A stretch of 64,000 nucleotides of DNA from Dehalococcoidia bacterium (GCA_965262725.1 OZ253555.1:3328001-3392000); one strand, 5' to 3'; shown: positions 8,637 through 19,172, counted from the first letter of the stretch. A program made the numbers and translations. Notes: generated by a model from the letters alone, not told the origin.

Positions 8637-11132
8637 GTGGGCACCGGGACGGCCGCGCCACTTCTCCACGGCCTGCGTGTGCTCGACCTCTCCAGCGGGC
8701 CGGCCGGTGGCCTCGCCACGATGATCCTCGCCGACTTCGGCGCCGACGTCTTGAAGATCGAGCCGCCCGCGGGTGATCGCTTCCGCTTCCTTGCCGCGTC
8801 GCCGGTGTGGCTCCGGGGCAAGCGCTCGCTCGCGCTCGACCTCGGCTCCGAGGAGGGCCGCGCTCGGTTGCATCAGCTCGCGGGCGAGGCCGACGTCGCG
8901 GTGGCGAGCTTCCGCCCCGGCAGCGCCGCGCCCCTGGGAGCGGATCCGGCGGCGCTCCGCGCACTGAACGGCGGTCTCATCTACTGCTCGATCACGGGCT
9001 TCGGGCCCGAGGGGCCCTACTCCCGCTACCCCGGTTACGAGCAGGTGGTCGCGGCGAAGTCGGGGCGGATGCTGATCTTCGAAGGCTCGATCGGACGCGA
9101 CGGTCCTGTCTACGCGGCGGTCCAGCTGGGCACGCACGTCGCGTCGCAGTCGGCCGTTCAGGGCATCCTCGCGGCGCTGCTCGCCCGGGAGCGGACCGGC
9201 TCGGGGCAGCTTGTGGAGACGAGCCTCCTGCGGGGCTACATCCCCTTCGACATCGCAGGGCTCACCATCCAGCAGCTCCGGGGACGCCACCCGGAGCGCT
9301 TCCCGCCGCCGCCGCCCCAGCTCTTCGGGCGACTCCCGGTGGTCGGCTACAACCCGGTGCCGACCTCCGACGGCGAGTGGATCCAGCTCGCCAGCATCGT
9401 CGAGCACCTCTTCCACGCCTTCATCGCGGCAACCGACCTCGGGGAGATCTACGCCGATCCCCGCTTCGAGGGCGCGCCCTACCTCATCGCCGACGAGGCG
9501 AAAGAGGCGCTGCTCGACATCGTCTACGCCCGCACGCTGACGAAGAGCACGCGGGAGTGGATGCGTACCTTCGTGGCGAACGGGAACGTCGCCGCCGAGC
9601 CCTGGCGCTCCACGCAGCAGGCGCTCGACCACCCGCAGATCGTTCACACGGGCGATGTGATCACGCTCGACTCGCCCGCCCACGGACCGGTGCGGCAGCT
9701 CGGTCCCGTGGCGAAGTTGCCGGCGACGCCGGCCCGGCCCGCCGCGACGCGGCCCACAGTCGACGAGCACCGGGGCGAGGGCTGGCGTCCGCGCGCCGAG
9801 GCGCCGACCCCCCCCGCCGCGCCACGCGGCGGGGGGGCTCCGGAGGAGCGCGAGGGGGGGCCGCTTCAGGGCGTCACGGTGCTCGAGTTCGCCTCGGTCG
9901 TGGCGGTGCCGTACGCCTGCACCATCCTCGCCGACCTCGGCGCGCGCGTGATCAAGCTCGAGACGCTCGCCGGCGACAGCTTCCGCCTGATGGGGAACCC
10001 CGGCGTCGGGGACGTGCGTGGGCTGGGCGCGATCAAGATGACGGCCTCCAAGGAGAGCATCACGCTGGACCTGAAGGCGGCCGAGGGGCGGCGCATCGCC
10101 GAGCAGCTCATCGAGCGCGCCGACGTGCTCATCCACAACTTCCGCCCGGGGGCTCCGGAGCGGATCGGGATCGGCTACGAGCAAGCGAGCGCGCTCAACC
10201 CGCGCCTCGTCTACGTCTCGGCGACCGGCTACGGCATCGACGGCCCGTACGCGCGTCGCCCGACCGCGCACCCGGCGCCCGGCGCGGCGCTCGGCGGCGC
10301 TTACCTGCAGGCCGGCGGCGTCGACCACCCCGTGGCCGCGGGCGACCTCGCCGCGATGAGCGAGGAGGCGCGCCGCATGCAGCAGGCAAACGAGATCTCG
10401 CCCGATCCCAACGCCTCGGCGGTGGTGGCGACCGCGGCGCTCCTCGGGCTGATGGCGCAGCGGAGACGCGGGGTCGGCCAGCACGTGCAGTGCAACATGA
10501 TGGGCGCCAACGCCTACGCGAACCACGATGACTTCGTCGACTACGACGGCAAGCCCGAGCGCCCGCACGCCGACGGGGACTTGCTCGGCCTCTCGGCCCT
10601 CTATCGCCTCTACCGGGCGGCTCCGGCCGAGGAGGACGGGGCGAGGCCGAGCTGGCTCTTCCTCGCGGTCACGAGCGAGCGCGAGTGGACGGCGCTGGCC
10701 GGTACGCCGGGGCTCGAGGCGCTCGCGGGCGATACGCGATTCCAGACGGCCGAGGCCCGGGGCGAGCACGACGCGGAGCTGGCAGGGGCGCTCGGCGAGC
10801 TGCTCGCCGCACGGACAGCCGACGAGTGGGAGCGGCTGCTCACCACTCGCGACGTCGCCGGCGTGCGTGCCGACGCCCGGGAGCCCGGGCTGTTCTGGGA
10901 CAGCGACCCCCACGTGGAGGCGGCCGGGCTGACGGTTGAGACCGACCACCCCCTCTGGGGCCCGTACCGGCGGCACGCGCCGCTCGTGCACTTCCACGGG
11001 ACGCCGGAGACGCCGGGTCCGGGGATGCTCGGCGGACAGCACGCGCGCGCCATCCTCGCCGAGCTCGGCTACGACGACGAGGCGGTAGAGGGCCTCTACG
11101 AGCGGGGCGTGGTCGTCACGCTCGACTACTAG
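8637..11132 (+). CDS. family III CoA-transferase, two fused CaiB/BaiF domains
   Basis: two LADFGADVLKIE / LADLGARVIKLE starts; GTG start right after the upstream stop. Confidence 0.88.
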   Translation: MGTGTAAPLLHGLRVLDLSSGPAGGLATMILADFGADVLKIEPPAGDRFRFLAASPVWLRGKRSLALDLGSEEGRARLHQLAGEADVAVASFRPGSAAPLGADPAALRALNGGLIYCSITGFGPEGPYSRYPGYEQVVAAKSGRMLIFEGSIGRDGPVYAAVQLGTHVASQSAVQGILAALLARERTGSGQLVETSLLRGYIPFDIAGLTIQQLRGRHPERFPPPPPQLFGRLPVVGYNPVPTSDGEWIQLASIVEHLFHAFIAATDLGEIYADPRFEGAPYLIADEAKEALLDIVYARTLTKSTREWMRTFVANGNVAAEPWRSTQQALDHPQIVHTGDVITLDSPAHGPVRQLGPVAKLPATPARPAATRPTVDEHRGEGWRPRAEAPTPPAAPRGGGAPEEREGGPLQGVTVLEFASVVAVPYACTILADLGARVIKLETLAGDSFRLMGNPGVGDVRGLGAIKMTASKESITLDLKAAEGRRIAEQLIERADVLIHNFRPGAPERIGIGYEQASALNPRLVYVSATGYGIDGPYARRPTAHPAPGAALGGAYLQAGGVDHPVAAGDLAAMSEEARRMQQANEISPDPNASAVVATAALLGLMAQRRRGVGQHVQCNMMGANAYANHDDFVDYDGKPERPHADGDLLGLSALYRLYRAAPAEEDGARPSWLFLAVTSEREWTALAGTPGLEALAGDTRFQTAEARGEHDAELAGALGELLAARTADEWERLLTTRDVAGVRADAREPGLFWDSDPHVEAAGLTVETDHPLWGPYRRHAPLVHFHGTPETPGPGMLGGQHARAILAELGYDDEAVEGLYERGVVVTLDY

Positions 11133-11152
11133 ACGCGACGGGAGCCGGAATC

Positions 11153-12793
11153 ATGGCAGAGAACAGATCCTCACGTGGCGGGCCCGCCGTCGATGAGCGC
11201 ACCATCGTCGTGCCGACGCTGCGCCTCCCCACCTGCTACGACCCCGACCAGTTCACCCGCGTCGCCCCCTGGCGCTCGATCGTGAACTGGGATGTGCATG
11301 TGCAGCTCTATGATCAGCTGCTGCGCTACGTGATCGTCGAGGTCGACGGCCGGCCCGTGCAGGACGTGACGAGCTTCGATCCGATGCTCGCCGATGGCTT
11401 CGAGGTCTCTCCGGACGGCATGCGCTACCGCGTCGCGCTGAGGCCCGGCGTTACCTCTCAGCACGGCCACGAGCTCACGGCTGACGACGTGGTATGGAGC
11501 TGGGCCGCGCTCGAGGAACCCGCCGGCGCGCTGCGGCCGCCCGACGTGAACTGGCTGAGCACCGGCGTCCACGGCGAGGTCGGCCGCTGGGTCGCTTTCA
11601 TGGGCTCGGCGTACGAGGCGATCCCCGGATCCGGTCCCCCCGAAGTGCGCGCGCTCGACCGCTACACCGTCGAGTTCGCTCTTCCCGAGCCGAACGCGGC
11701 CTTCCCGCACATCCTCACCATGACGGTGCCGCCGATCTACGACTCGACCGAGGCGAGGCGGCACGCGACGCCGGAGGATCCGTTCGCGCGCGACTGGCTC
11801 GCCGAGAACCCGGGAGGTTTCGGCCGCTACGCCGTCGAGAGCCGCTCGGAGGAGGAGCTCGTGCTCCGCGCCCGAGCCGACCACTACGCCGGGATACCGG
11901 CGGTCGAGCGGGTCGTCTACCGCGTGCTGCCGGAGGGGCGCGACCGCGTCGATGCGCTGCTGGCCGGCGAGATCGACGTGGTTTTCCAGCCCTCGCCAGC
12001 CGAGGCCGAGCGCGTCGCCGACCACGCGGAGGCCGCGCTCTTCCAGTCGCCCAGCAACTCGCAGCTCTCGCTCCAGATGGACGCGCGCGTCGCCCCCTTC
12101 GACGACGTCCACGTCAGGCGGGCGCTCGCCGCGGCGGTCCCCTACCGCGAGATCGCGGACGAGGTGTTGAGAGGGTACGGGCGCCCCTGGCGAGGCGTCG
12201 TGCCGGAGACGAGCCTCGGCTACCTGGAGCTGTGGTCGGGCGAGCAGGATCTCGCGCGGGCACGCGAGGAGATCGCAGCGTCGGGGCGCGGCGAGGTGCG
12301 CGCCACGCTCTACCACGGCGCCGGCGACCCGGTGCACGCGGACGTGGCGCGGCGCGTGGCGCGCGACGCCAGGGTCGTCGGCATCGATCTCGAGGTCCGT
12401 CCGGTGGCGGGGAACGAGCTCAGCGACCTCCAGAAGGAGTACCGCATGCCGCTCGCGATCGCCGGCGGCGGCCACCGCTGCAACGAGATGGGCTACGCCG
12501 TTCCACACGACTTCGGCGACCGCTACTTCGGCATCACGAACTGGATCGACTACCAGAACCCGGGCGTGAACGAGCGCATCCTGGAGATCCGGCGGACGCA
12601 CGACCCCGATCGGCGCCTCGCGCTCATCCACGAGACGCAGCGGATCGTCGCCGAGGACCAGCCGTGGGCTTTCATCGCCCAGCCCGATTTCCTCGTCGCC
12701 CACCGCGCCGGGCTCCAGGGATTCGCGTGGCGCTCCCGCTCGGGCAACCGGCTCGCCTACTACGACCTCCGTTGGGGAACGCCGCCGGAGTAG
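11153..12793 (+). CDS. ABC family-5 substrate-binding-like protein without evident signal peptide
   Basis: ELTADDVVWS, PFDDVHVRRAL, QRIVAEDQPW. Confidence 0.75.
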   Translation: MAENRSSRGGPAVDERTIVVPTLRLPTCYDPDQFTRVAPWRSIVNWDVHVQLYDQLLRYVIVEVDGRPVQDVTSFDPMLADGFEVSPDGMRYRVALRPGVTSQHGHELTADDVVWSWAALEEPAGALRPPDVNWLSTGVHGEVGRWVAFMGSAYEAIPGSGPPEVRALDRYTVEFALPEPNAAFPHILTMTVPPIYDSTEARRHATPEDPFARDWLAENPGGFGRYAVESRSEEELVLRARADHYAGIPAVERVVYRVLPEGRDRVDALLAGEIDVVFQPSPAEAERVADHAEAALFQSPSNSQLSLQMDARVAPFDDVHVRRALAAAVPYREIADEVLRGYGRPWRGVVPETSLGYLELWSGEQDLARAREEIAASGRGEVRATLYHGAGDPVHADVARRVARDARVVGIDLEVRPVAGNELSDLQKEYRMPLAIAGGGHRCNEMGYAVPHDFGDRYFGITNWIDYQNPGVNERILEIRRTHDPDRRLALIHETQRIVAEDQPWAFIAQPDFLVAHRAGLQGFAWRSRSGNRLAYYDLRWGTPPE

Positions 12794-12802
12794 ACGAGGA
12801 CG

Positions 12803-14047
12803 CTAGCCGTAGGCGTTGCCGATCACGCCGTCTGCCTCGAGGCGGTCGATCTCGTCGTCGTCGTAGCCGTGCTCGCGCAGGAGTTCCCGGTTGTACTCCC
12901 CCACCAGCCCGCAGGGGAGATCCCAGGACAGCGCGTCGGGGCCGAAGCGCCAGAGGAAGCCAGCCTGGATGCGGGGGCCCGTGTACGGGTGGTCGATCGT
13001 CGGGAACCAGCTGCGGGCGTTGAGCTGCGGCGAGAGCAGCATCTCCTGGGGTCCCGCGACGGCCGCGGCGATGCCTCCCTCCTCCTGAACGAGATCGGCG
13101 AGCGCCTCGGCCTCGGCACCGGCCGCGTGCTCGGCGAGGGCGCGATCGACCGCCTCGCGGTCGCGGAGCCGACCGACGACCGTGGCCCACCGGTGCCCGT
13201 CCTGAGCCCACTCCGGGTGGCCGACGGCGCGCGCGAGCGCGCCCCACTGCGCGTCGTCCTCCGCGGCCAGCACCACCCAGCGGTCCTCGCCTGAGGCGCG
13301 GTAGCAGTCGTGGGGGACGACGTGCTGCTCGGCGTTGCCGACGCGCGCCGGGAGGCGCCCGTTGAGGGTCCACTCGGCGAGCACGCCGGGGACCTGGGTC
13401 GCGAGTTCCTCCACCTGCGAGAGGTCGACAAGCATCCCCTCGCCCGTGCGCTCGCGCTCGCGCAGCGCGGTCACGACCGCGAAGACGAGGGCGAGCGGCA
13501 CCGTCGCGTCGGAGTGCGTGATCGGTGACGTCTCCTCCACGCCGCGCCAGGGATAGCCGCGAACCGCGGTGTGGCCGGTCACGCAGTCGAAGCCGCCGCC
13601 GAAGGAGACGTAGCCCTGGTAGGGCCCCGAGAGACCCCAGCCCGGCAGCGAGAGGCGGATCAGCCGCGGCGCGTCGGCGTGCATCCGCTCCCAGTCGAAG
13701 CCGAGCTTCTCCATCGTTCCAGCCGAGAATGAGTCGATCACGACGTCCGCTCGCGCGAGCAGCCGTCGGAACGCCGCCGCCCCTTCCTCGCGCCTGAGGT
13801 TGATCGCCATGTTGCGCTTGTTGCGGTTGCCCTGATGCTGCGCCCACGAGTGCTCGTACGCGGGCCCCTCGCCCGGCGCGACGCGCCAGTCGGCGGGGTC
13901 GATGGGGCGCGTCGGCGAGAAGCGCGGGTACGACTCGACCTTGATCACATCGGCGCCGAGGTCACCGAGCAGCGAGCCGCCGACCGGGCCCGCCCAGACC
14001 TCGCTGAGCTCGATCACGCGTACGCCGGCAAGCGCGCGGCTGGTCAT
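12803..14047 (-). CDS. family III CoA-transferase
   Basis: LGDLGADVIKVE, NRNKR, catalytic Asp region HSDAT. Confidence 0.88.
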   Translation of the reverse strand: MTSRALAGVRVIELSEVWAGPVGGSLLGDLGADVIKVESYPRFSPTRPIDPADWRVAPGEGPAYEHSWAQHQGNRNKRNMAINLRREEGAAAFRRLLARADVVIDSFSAGTMEKLGFDWERMHADAPRLIRLSLPGWGLSGPYQGYVSFGGGFDCVTGHTAVRGYPWRGVEETSPITHSDATVPLALVFAVVTALRERERTGEGMLVDLSQVEELATQVPGVLAEWTLNGRLPARVGNAEQHVVPHDCYRASGEDRWVVLAAEDDAQWGALARAVGHPEWAQDGHRWATVVGRLRDREAVDRALAEHAAGAEAEALADLVQEEGGIAAAVAGPQEMLLSPQLNARSWFPTIDHPYTGPRIQAGFLWRFGPDALSWDLPCGLVGEYNRELLREHGYDDDEIDRLEADGVIGNAYG

Positions 14048-15237
14048 CCCGTCACCCCGGCGCGGAAGAGGGCCTGCTGTTCCTCGCGGGAGTAACCGAG
14101 GCTGTCGAGAATCTCGGTGCCGTGCTCGCCCAGGCGCGGCGCCGGACCGGCGCGCCAGCCATCGCCCTCCACGCCGCCGAGGCGGAACGGCGGGCCCGCG
14201 AGCGTTATCGTGCCCACGTCGGGCTGCTCGACGGCGACGTAGGAGCCGCGCGCGACCGACTGCTCGTCCTCCAGCGCCTCGGAGATGTCGAGGATCGGCG
14301 TGCAGAGCACGCGCTCGGCCTGCATCGCGCGGAAGACATCCCCCTTCGTGCGCGCGTCCAGCCACGGCTGGAAGACCGCGAGGAACTCCTCGTGGTGGTC
14401 GGGGCGGACTTCCTTCGTACGAAAGCGCCGGTCCTCGATGAAGTCGGGCCGACCGATCGCGCGGCAGGCGCGCTCGAAGAACGGCGAGTCACCCGCCGTC
14501 AGCTGCACGAAACCGTCCTTGCACTGGTAGGTGCCCACGGGGTACGTCCCGCGGGAGCGCCGGGGCACGGAGGGCGCGCCGCCGGAGAGGGACCACGCGA
14601 CGAAGGAAGTGTCGACGTTGCCGGCGAGCGCCTCGACGGCCGACACCTCGGCGTCGCGGCGGACGCGGTCGTGGACGTGTCCCCAGAGGGCACCGGCGGC
14701 GGCGGCGGCGGCGGTCAGGCCGACCTGCATCGCGGCGACGTGGGGCGCGTAGCGCAGCGGCGGCTCTCCCTCCCGGCGGTGACGGTGGAGACGCGTGGTC
14801 CAGGCGAAGATCGAGAGGTCGTTCTCGAGGCGCTCCCGGTAGGGACCGTCGAGGCCGTGCGGGCTCATCGCCACCACGGACGGCGCCTCCTCCGCCCCGC
14901 GCAGCGCGTCGAGCACGCTCGCGGCCATGGCGGGCGGGAGCTCGACGAGCGCGAGCTGAGCACCTCGCGCGAGCCGCCCGAGCACCTCGCGCCCCGACGC
15001 TGTCCCTACGTCGAGCGCGAGCGAGCGCTTCCCGGTGTCGAGCGAGAGGTGGAAGCCCCCGCGATCGCGGTGCGGTCGGTCGTCTGGGAAGGGGGGCAGG
15101 CGGCGCACTTCGCCGCCGCCTACCCGCTCGACCTTCACGACGTCGGCACCGAAGTCGGCGAACTGCTTCCCGGCGCACGAGACGGCCACACCGTCGCCGA
15201 TCTCCACCACGCGAACGCCCGACCAGGGCTGCGTCAC
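14044..15237 (-). CDS. family III CoA-transferase (probable partner subunit)
   Basis: FADFGADVVKVE, GKRSLALD, APRLGEH; stop overlaps the next start. Confidence 0.88.
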   Translation of the reverse strand: MTQPWSGVRVVEIGDGVAVSCAGKQFADFGADVVKVERVGGGEVRRLPPFPDDRPHRDRGGFHLSLDTGKRSLALDVGTASGREVLGRLARGAQLALVELPPAMAASVLDALRGAEEAPSVVAMSPHGLDGPYRERLENDLSIFAWTTRLHRHRREGEPPLRYAPHVAAMQVGLTAAAAAAGALWGHVHDRVRRDAEVSAVEALAGNVDTSFVAWSLSGGAPSVPRRSRGTYPVGTYQCKDGFVQLTAGDSPFFERACRAIGRPDFIEDRRFRTKEVRPDHHEEFLAVFQPWLDARTKGDVFRAMQAERVLCTPILDISEALEDEQSVARGSYVAVEQPDVGTITLAGPPFRLGGVEGDGWRAGPAPRLGEHGTEILDSLGYSREEQQALFRAGVTG

Positions 15238-15430
15238 CCGCTCGCTCCTCCCGCCCGGTCTCGTGTCCCGGGCGCTGTCGAACCCCCTCGGCGTCGCATG
15301 CTACGTCACCTCCTCGATGGCGCGCACGGCCGATCCGCGCGCGGGCGCGCCGCTCGCGCCGCCGGCGCGCCGTGGCTACGCTGGGTCCCCGCCGCCTCCC
15401 CTCGGGGGCGGCGCTCGACGAGGAGCTGCG

Positions 15431-16219
15431 ATGGACCTCGGGATCGCGGGGCGCGTCGCCCTCATCACAGGCGGGAGCTGCGGCATCGGCCGGGCCTGCG
15501 CGGTGGAGCTCGCGCGCGAGGGCGCCCGCGTCTGCCTCGTCGCCCGCGATCCCGGGCGCCTCGGCGAGGCGCTCGCGTCAGTGCGGGCAGCCGGGGGCGA
15601 AGGGATGACGATCTCCGCCGACCTGGCCACCATCGAGGGCTGCCGGGAGGCCGTCGAGCGCTGCGTCGGCGAGCTCGGCGCCCTCCACATCCTGGTCAAC
15701 AACGCCGGCGCGGCGCGCGAGCACCACGTCGCCGACGTTCCGGCCGAGCTCTTCGACGACGCCCTTGCGCTCAAGCTCTACGGCTACCTGCGGATGTCAC
15801 AGCTCGCGCTCGTGCACATGCGGGACGCCGGCTGGGGGCGCATCGTGAACATCGCCGGCGCCGCGGGCGCGAGTCCGCTCCCCGACAACCTGCCGATGAG
15901 CATCGCGAACGTGGGCGTGCTCAACCTGACGCGCGCGTTCTCCGACATCGCGGCGGCAGACGGCGTGACGGCGAACGCGATCTGTCCGGGACTCACCGAC
16001 ACCGACCGAGCTCGGGAGCTTCGCGAGGAGCGCGCCGCCGCGGCCGGCATCGATGTAGAGGAGTTGCTGAACCGCATGGCGTCGCGCACCCCCGCCGGCC
16101 GCATGGCGAGCGCCGAGGAGGTCGCGCGTGTCGCGTGCTTCCTCGCCTCGGAGGCGGCGAGCTTTGTGCACGGGACGGCCGTTTACATGGACGGCGGCGC
16201 GCGCCGCGCGACGCCGTAG
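15431..16219 (+). CDS. SDR family oxidoreductase (atypical active site)
   Basis: TGGSCGIG, NNAG, MDGG; YxxxK replaced by MSIAN; AGGAG RBS. Confidence 0.85.
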   Translation: MDLGIAGRVALITGGSCGIGRACAVELAREGARVCLVARDPGRLGEALASVRAAGGEGMTISADLATIEGCREAVERCVGELGALHILVNNAGAAREHHVADVPAELFDDALALKLYGYLRMSQLALVHMRDAGWGRIVNIAGAAGASPLPDNLPMSIANVGVLNLTRAFSDIAAADGVTANAICPGLTDTDRARELREERAAAAGIDVEELLNRMASRTPAGRMASAEEVARVACFLASEAASFVHGTAVYMDGGARRATP

Positions 16220-16296
16220 CGTCCCCCTCGTCCCCGGGCGGCCGCTTTCCGCCCCGTGGGCTGCTCCCGTATCGTGAGATGGCGCCCTCCAGCGGT

Positions 16297-16384
16297 GCCG
16301 AAGTGGCGGAACGGCAGACGCGGCGGTCTCAAAAACCGTTGGGCTTCACGGCCCGTGTGGGTTCGAATCCCACCTTCGGCACCA
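16297..16384 (+). tRNA. tRNA-Leu(CAA)
   Basis: acceptor GCCGAAG/CTTCGGC, anticodon loop CTCAAAA, long variable arm, GTTCGAATC T-loop, encoded CCA. Confidence 0.95.
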
Positions 16385-16427
16385 GAAATCCAGTTCAAAT
16401 CGGGCATTCCCGGCGATCACCGACCCC

Positions 16428-16478
16428 ATCAATTGTAGTCACCACACTGATCAATTGTAGGCATTCTGTAGGCATGCG
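16428..16478 (+). repeat. short direct repeats inside attL (ATCAATTGTAG x2; GTAGGCAT x2), putative arm-type sites
   Basis: 16457-16478 matches 56877-56898 at 20/22. Confidence 0.6.
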
Positions 16479-16894
16479 CGGTCAAGACGGGTGGGCCCCG
16501 CAGCAGGGAGATGCGGACATTCCGGGGAGCGCGGCGGCTCTCGCCGGTCCGCGGGACCCGCCGGCGGTCCGTGCCGCCAGGGTCATCCAGGCCCATCAGG
16601 CTCCTCCGTTCCTCCTCTCGTCCCCCACGATCCGCCGGTCCGGGCCTGTCTGATTCGCGACCGGCCGACACCGTTCCCGTGTGCGAGGGACATCGAGACG
16701 GCACGTCCGGCCTGGTGGCGATGGCTTCCCGGCCTGGCGCCGAGGTGCGCCGGCGCCGCCGGGCTGGAGATGGCCGGAGCGCGCGGCTGCCCGTGGAGCC
16801 GGGGGGCGAGCGGTGGGGCGTCGCTCCGGGCGAGCAGCGGAACGAACTCGCCGTCGTCGGTCGCGTAGAGGGAACTCACCGCCGAACGGCGGGC

Positions 16895-17345
16895 GCAGCC
16901 AGGCGATCCTGAAGGTGAGGTTGTCGCTGCCGTTGTGGAAGGTCGGGAAGCTCTCGAAACGTGCCGTCAGCGGCTCAGGCCCGTTGACGGTGAGCTCCAG
17001 CCGGTTGGACAGCATCCTGTCGTCCCCGGTGTAGATGGGCCCCCCGCGCGTCGCACTCCTCAGTGGCGGTGACGTCGCCACTGGAGGCCGGCCTGACGCT
17101 GATCCCCCGCCGGGTGTTGCCCGGCGGGTACAGCTGCCGGGGCCCGACCACCAGTCCTCCGGTCACCGAGAACGCAATGTCCCGCAGCATCGCGTACCGA
17201 TGGTGGGAGCCCCGAGCGTCTCCTGGCCGCTGGCCCGATCCTCCACCACGAAGAGGCAGAGGGCGGCACAAGCCGCCAGCAGCAGCGCGGCCAGCCCGCT
17301 CCAGGGAGCACTGGACCGCCTACACCACCTGAGGCTCGATGCCAT
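16895..17345 (-). pseudogene. decayed secreted-protein remnant (signal peptide plus GAICT-type domain pieces)
   Basis: MASSLRW...LAALLLAACAALCLFV signal; frameshifted pieces AFSVTGG, DDRMLSNRLELTVNGP, HNGSD resemble 52344-53099. Confidence 0.6.
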
Positions 17346-17591
17346 CTGCCCCCGGGGGAGCACTGTAGCGAACGGTTGTTGAATCTCCGCCCAATCTGGA
17401 GCGGTATTGGTACCACTTCTGTGCAATCACGCCGCCAGCTGTCTCCGAGCGAATACTGTGAATCGCCAAGGTCTATAGACCACGAAATCGCCAGATCGCC
17501 AGGGTCATTGATCCACCCCGTCAGGGACTCCTGCCCGCCCGGGTCGCCGGTACGGCCACCATCGCCTGCATCCCCAGCGGAGGGAGCAGCG

Positions 17592-19172
17592 ATGGCCTAC
17601 CGGGAGGTACACGGGGTGGAGATCCAGGAGATCATTCGACGCTGGCAGGCGGGGCTCAGCCAGCGCCGCATCGCCAGCGGCACGGGGCTATCGCGCGTGA
17701 CGGTGCGCCGCTACGTCGAGGCGGCCGAGGCGGCCGGCCTCACGCCGGGCGGTCCCGAGCCGAGTGAGGAGCAGCTCGCCGCGCTGGCGACGCTGAGCCT
17801 CTCCGGCCCGCGGCAGGTCGAGGCGCCGAGCGAGGAGCTGCTCTCGCCCTGGGCGGAGCAGATCGAGCGCTGGCTTGAGACCGACCGCCTGCAACTGACG
17901 CGCATCCAGGAGCTCCTCGCCGGACGAGGCTGCGAGGTCTCCTACACCACGCTGCGGCGTTTCATCCGGCGCCGCGGCTGGCGCCACCGGCTGCCGTCGA
18001 CCGTGCGCATGGACGACGGGCCGCCGGGCGAGGTGGCGGAGATGGACTTCGGCCGCCTCGGCTTCATCCGGGACCCCGAGAGCGGCCGCCGGCGCGCGGT
18101 GTGGGCGCTGGTCGTCGTCTGGCGCTACTCACGCCACTGCTTTGTGTGGCCCACCACCAGCCAGAAGCTGGACGCTGTGATCGAGGGCCTGGAGGAGGCC
18201 TGGGCCTTCTTCGGGGGCGTGCCGCGCTACCTCGTCATCGATAACTTCCCGGCCGCCGTCGCCGGGGCCGACGCGCTGCACCCGCGCTTCACGCGGGGCT
18301 TCCTCGAGTACGCCCGCCACCGCGGCTTCATCACCGACCCCGCGCGCGTGCGTCATCCCCGCGACAAGCCGCGCGTCGAGCGCAGCATCCCCTACGTGCG
18401 CGAGCGCCTCTTCAAGGGCGGCGACTTCCGGGACGTCGTCGACCTGCGCTCCGCCGCCCGCAGCTGGTGCCTCGAGGTGGCGGGGCAGCGCATCCACGGC
18501 ACGACACGCCGGCGCCCGCTCGAGGTCTTCCTGAAGGAGGAGCTCCCTCTGCTCGCTCCCTGGGACGGCGAGCCCTACGAGGTCCCCGACTGGCGGACGG
18601 CCACGGTCCACCCGGACCACCACATCGCCTGCCAGTACGCCCTGTACTCGGTGCCGTCCATGGCCTGCCCGCCCCGCCAGAAGGTCGAGGTGCAGCTCGG
18701 CTCGAAGCTGGTGCGCATCTACCACCGCGGTCAGCTCATCAAGGTGCACCCGCGCCAGCGCCGGGGCGGCCGGGCCACCGACCCGAACGACTACCCGGCC
18801 GAGCTCACCCCCTACACCAGGCGGGCGCCCGACTGGATACAGCGCCGCGCCGCCGAGCTGGGGGAGGCCGTGGGCGCCTACGCCGAGCGTCTCTTCGAGG
18901 GCTCCCTGCCCTGGGCGAAGCTGCGGCAGGGCCACAAGCTCCTCCGCCTCGCCGAGCGCTACTCCCCCGACCGCCTCGATGCCGCCTGCCGCCGCGCGCT
19001 CGAGGTCGACCTCATCGACGTGCGCCGCCTCGAGCGCATCCTCGTCGAGGCCCTCGACCAGGAGAGCACCCCAGACCAGCCCGAGCTGCCGCCGCCTCCG
19101 GGGCGCTTCGCCCGCTCGGGCTCCGTCTTCGCCCAGTCCCGCACGCAGACCCCGACAGGAGCACCACGATGA
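17592..19172 (+). CDS. istA: IS21 transposase IstA
   Basis: HTH, EMDFG, VIDN, DKPRVE, HGTT. Confidence 0.92.
   Translation: MAYREVHGVEIQEIIRRWQAGLSQRRIASGTGLSRVTVRRYVEAAEAAGLTPGGPEPSEEQLAALATLSLSGPRQVEAPSEELLSPWAEQIERWLETDRLQLTRIQELLAGRGCEVSYTTLRRFIRRRGWRHRLPSTVRMDDGPPGEVAEMDFGRLGFIRDPESGRRRAVWALVVVWRYSRHCFVWPTTSQKLDAVIEGLEEAWAFFGGVPRYLVIDNFPAAVAGADALHPRFTRGFLEYARHRGFITDPARVRHPRDKPRVERSIPYVRERLFKGGDFRDVVDLRSAARSWCLEVAGQRIHGTTRRRPLEVFLKEELPLLAPWDGEPYEVPDWRTATVHPDHHIACQYALYSVPSMACPPRQKVEVQLGSKLVRIYHRGQLIKVHPRQRRGGRATDPNDYPAELTPYTRRAPDWIQRRAAELGEAVGAYAERLFEGSLPWAKLRQGHKLLRLAERYSPDRLDAACRRALEVDLIDVRRLERILVEALDQESTPDQPELPPPPGRFARSGSVFAQSRTQTPTGAPR

Noticed and set aside
5569-11132. 1021-aa and 1260-aa ORFs as true fusion proteins
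   Set aside because: N-terminal extensions run through other genes in another frame; real starts are at 6505 and 8637
2089-16653. long overlapping or antisense ORFs (e.g. 2089-4800, 6442-8964, 8631-11042, 14122-16653)
   Set aside because: Arg/Pro/Ala-rich shadow frames typical of high-GC DNA, overlapping motif-bearing genes
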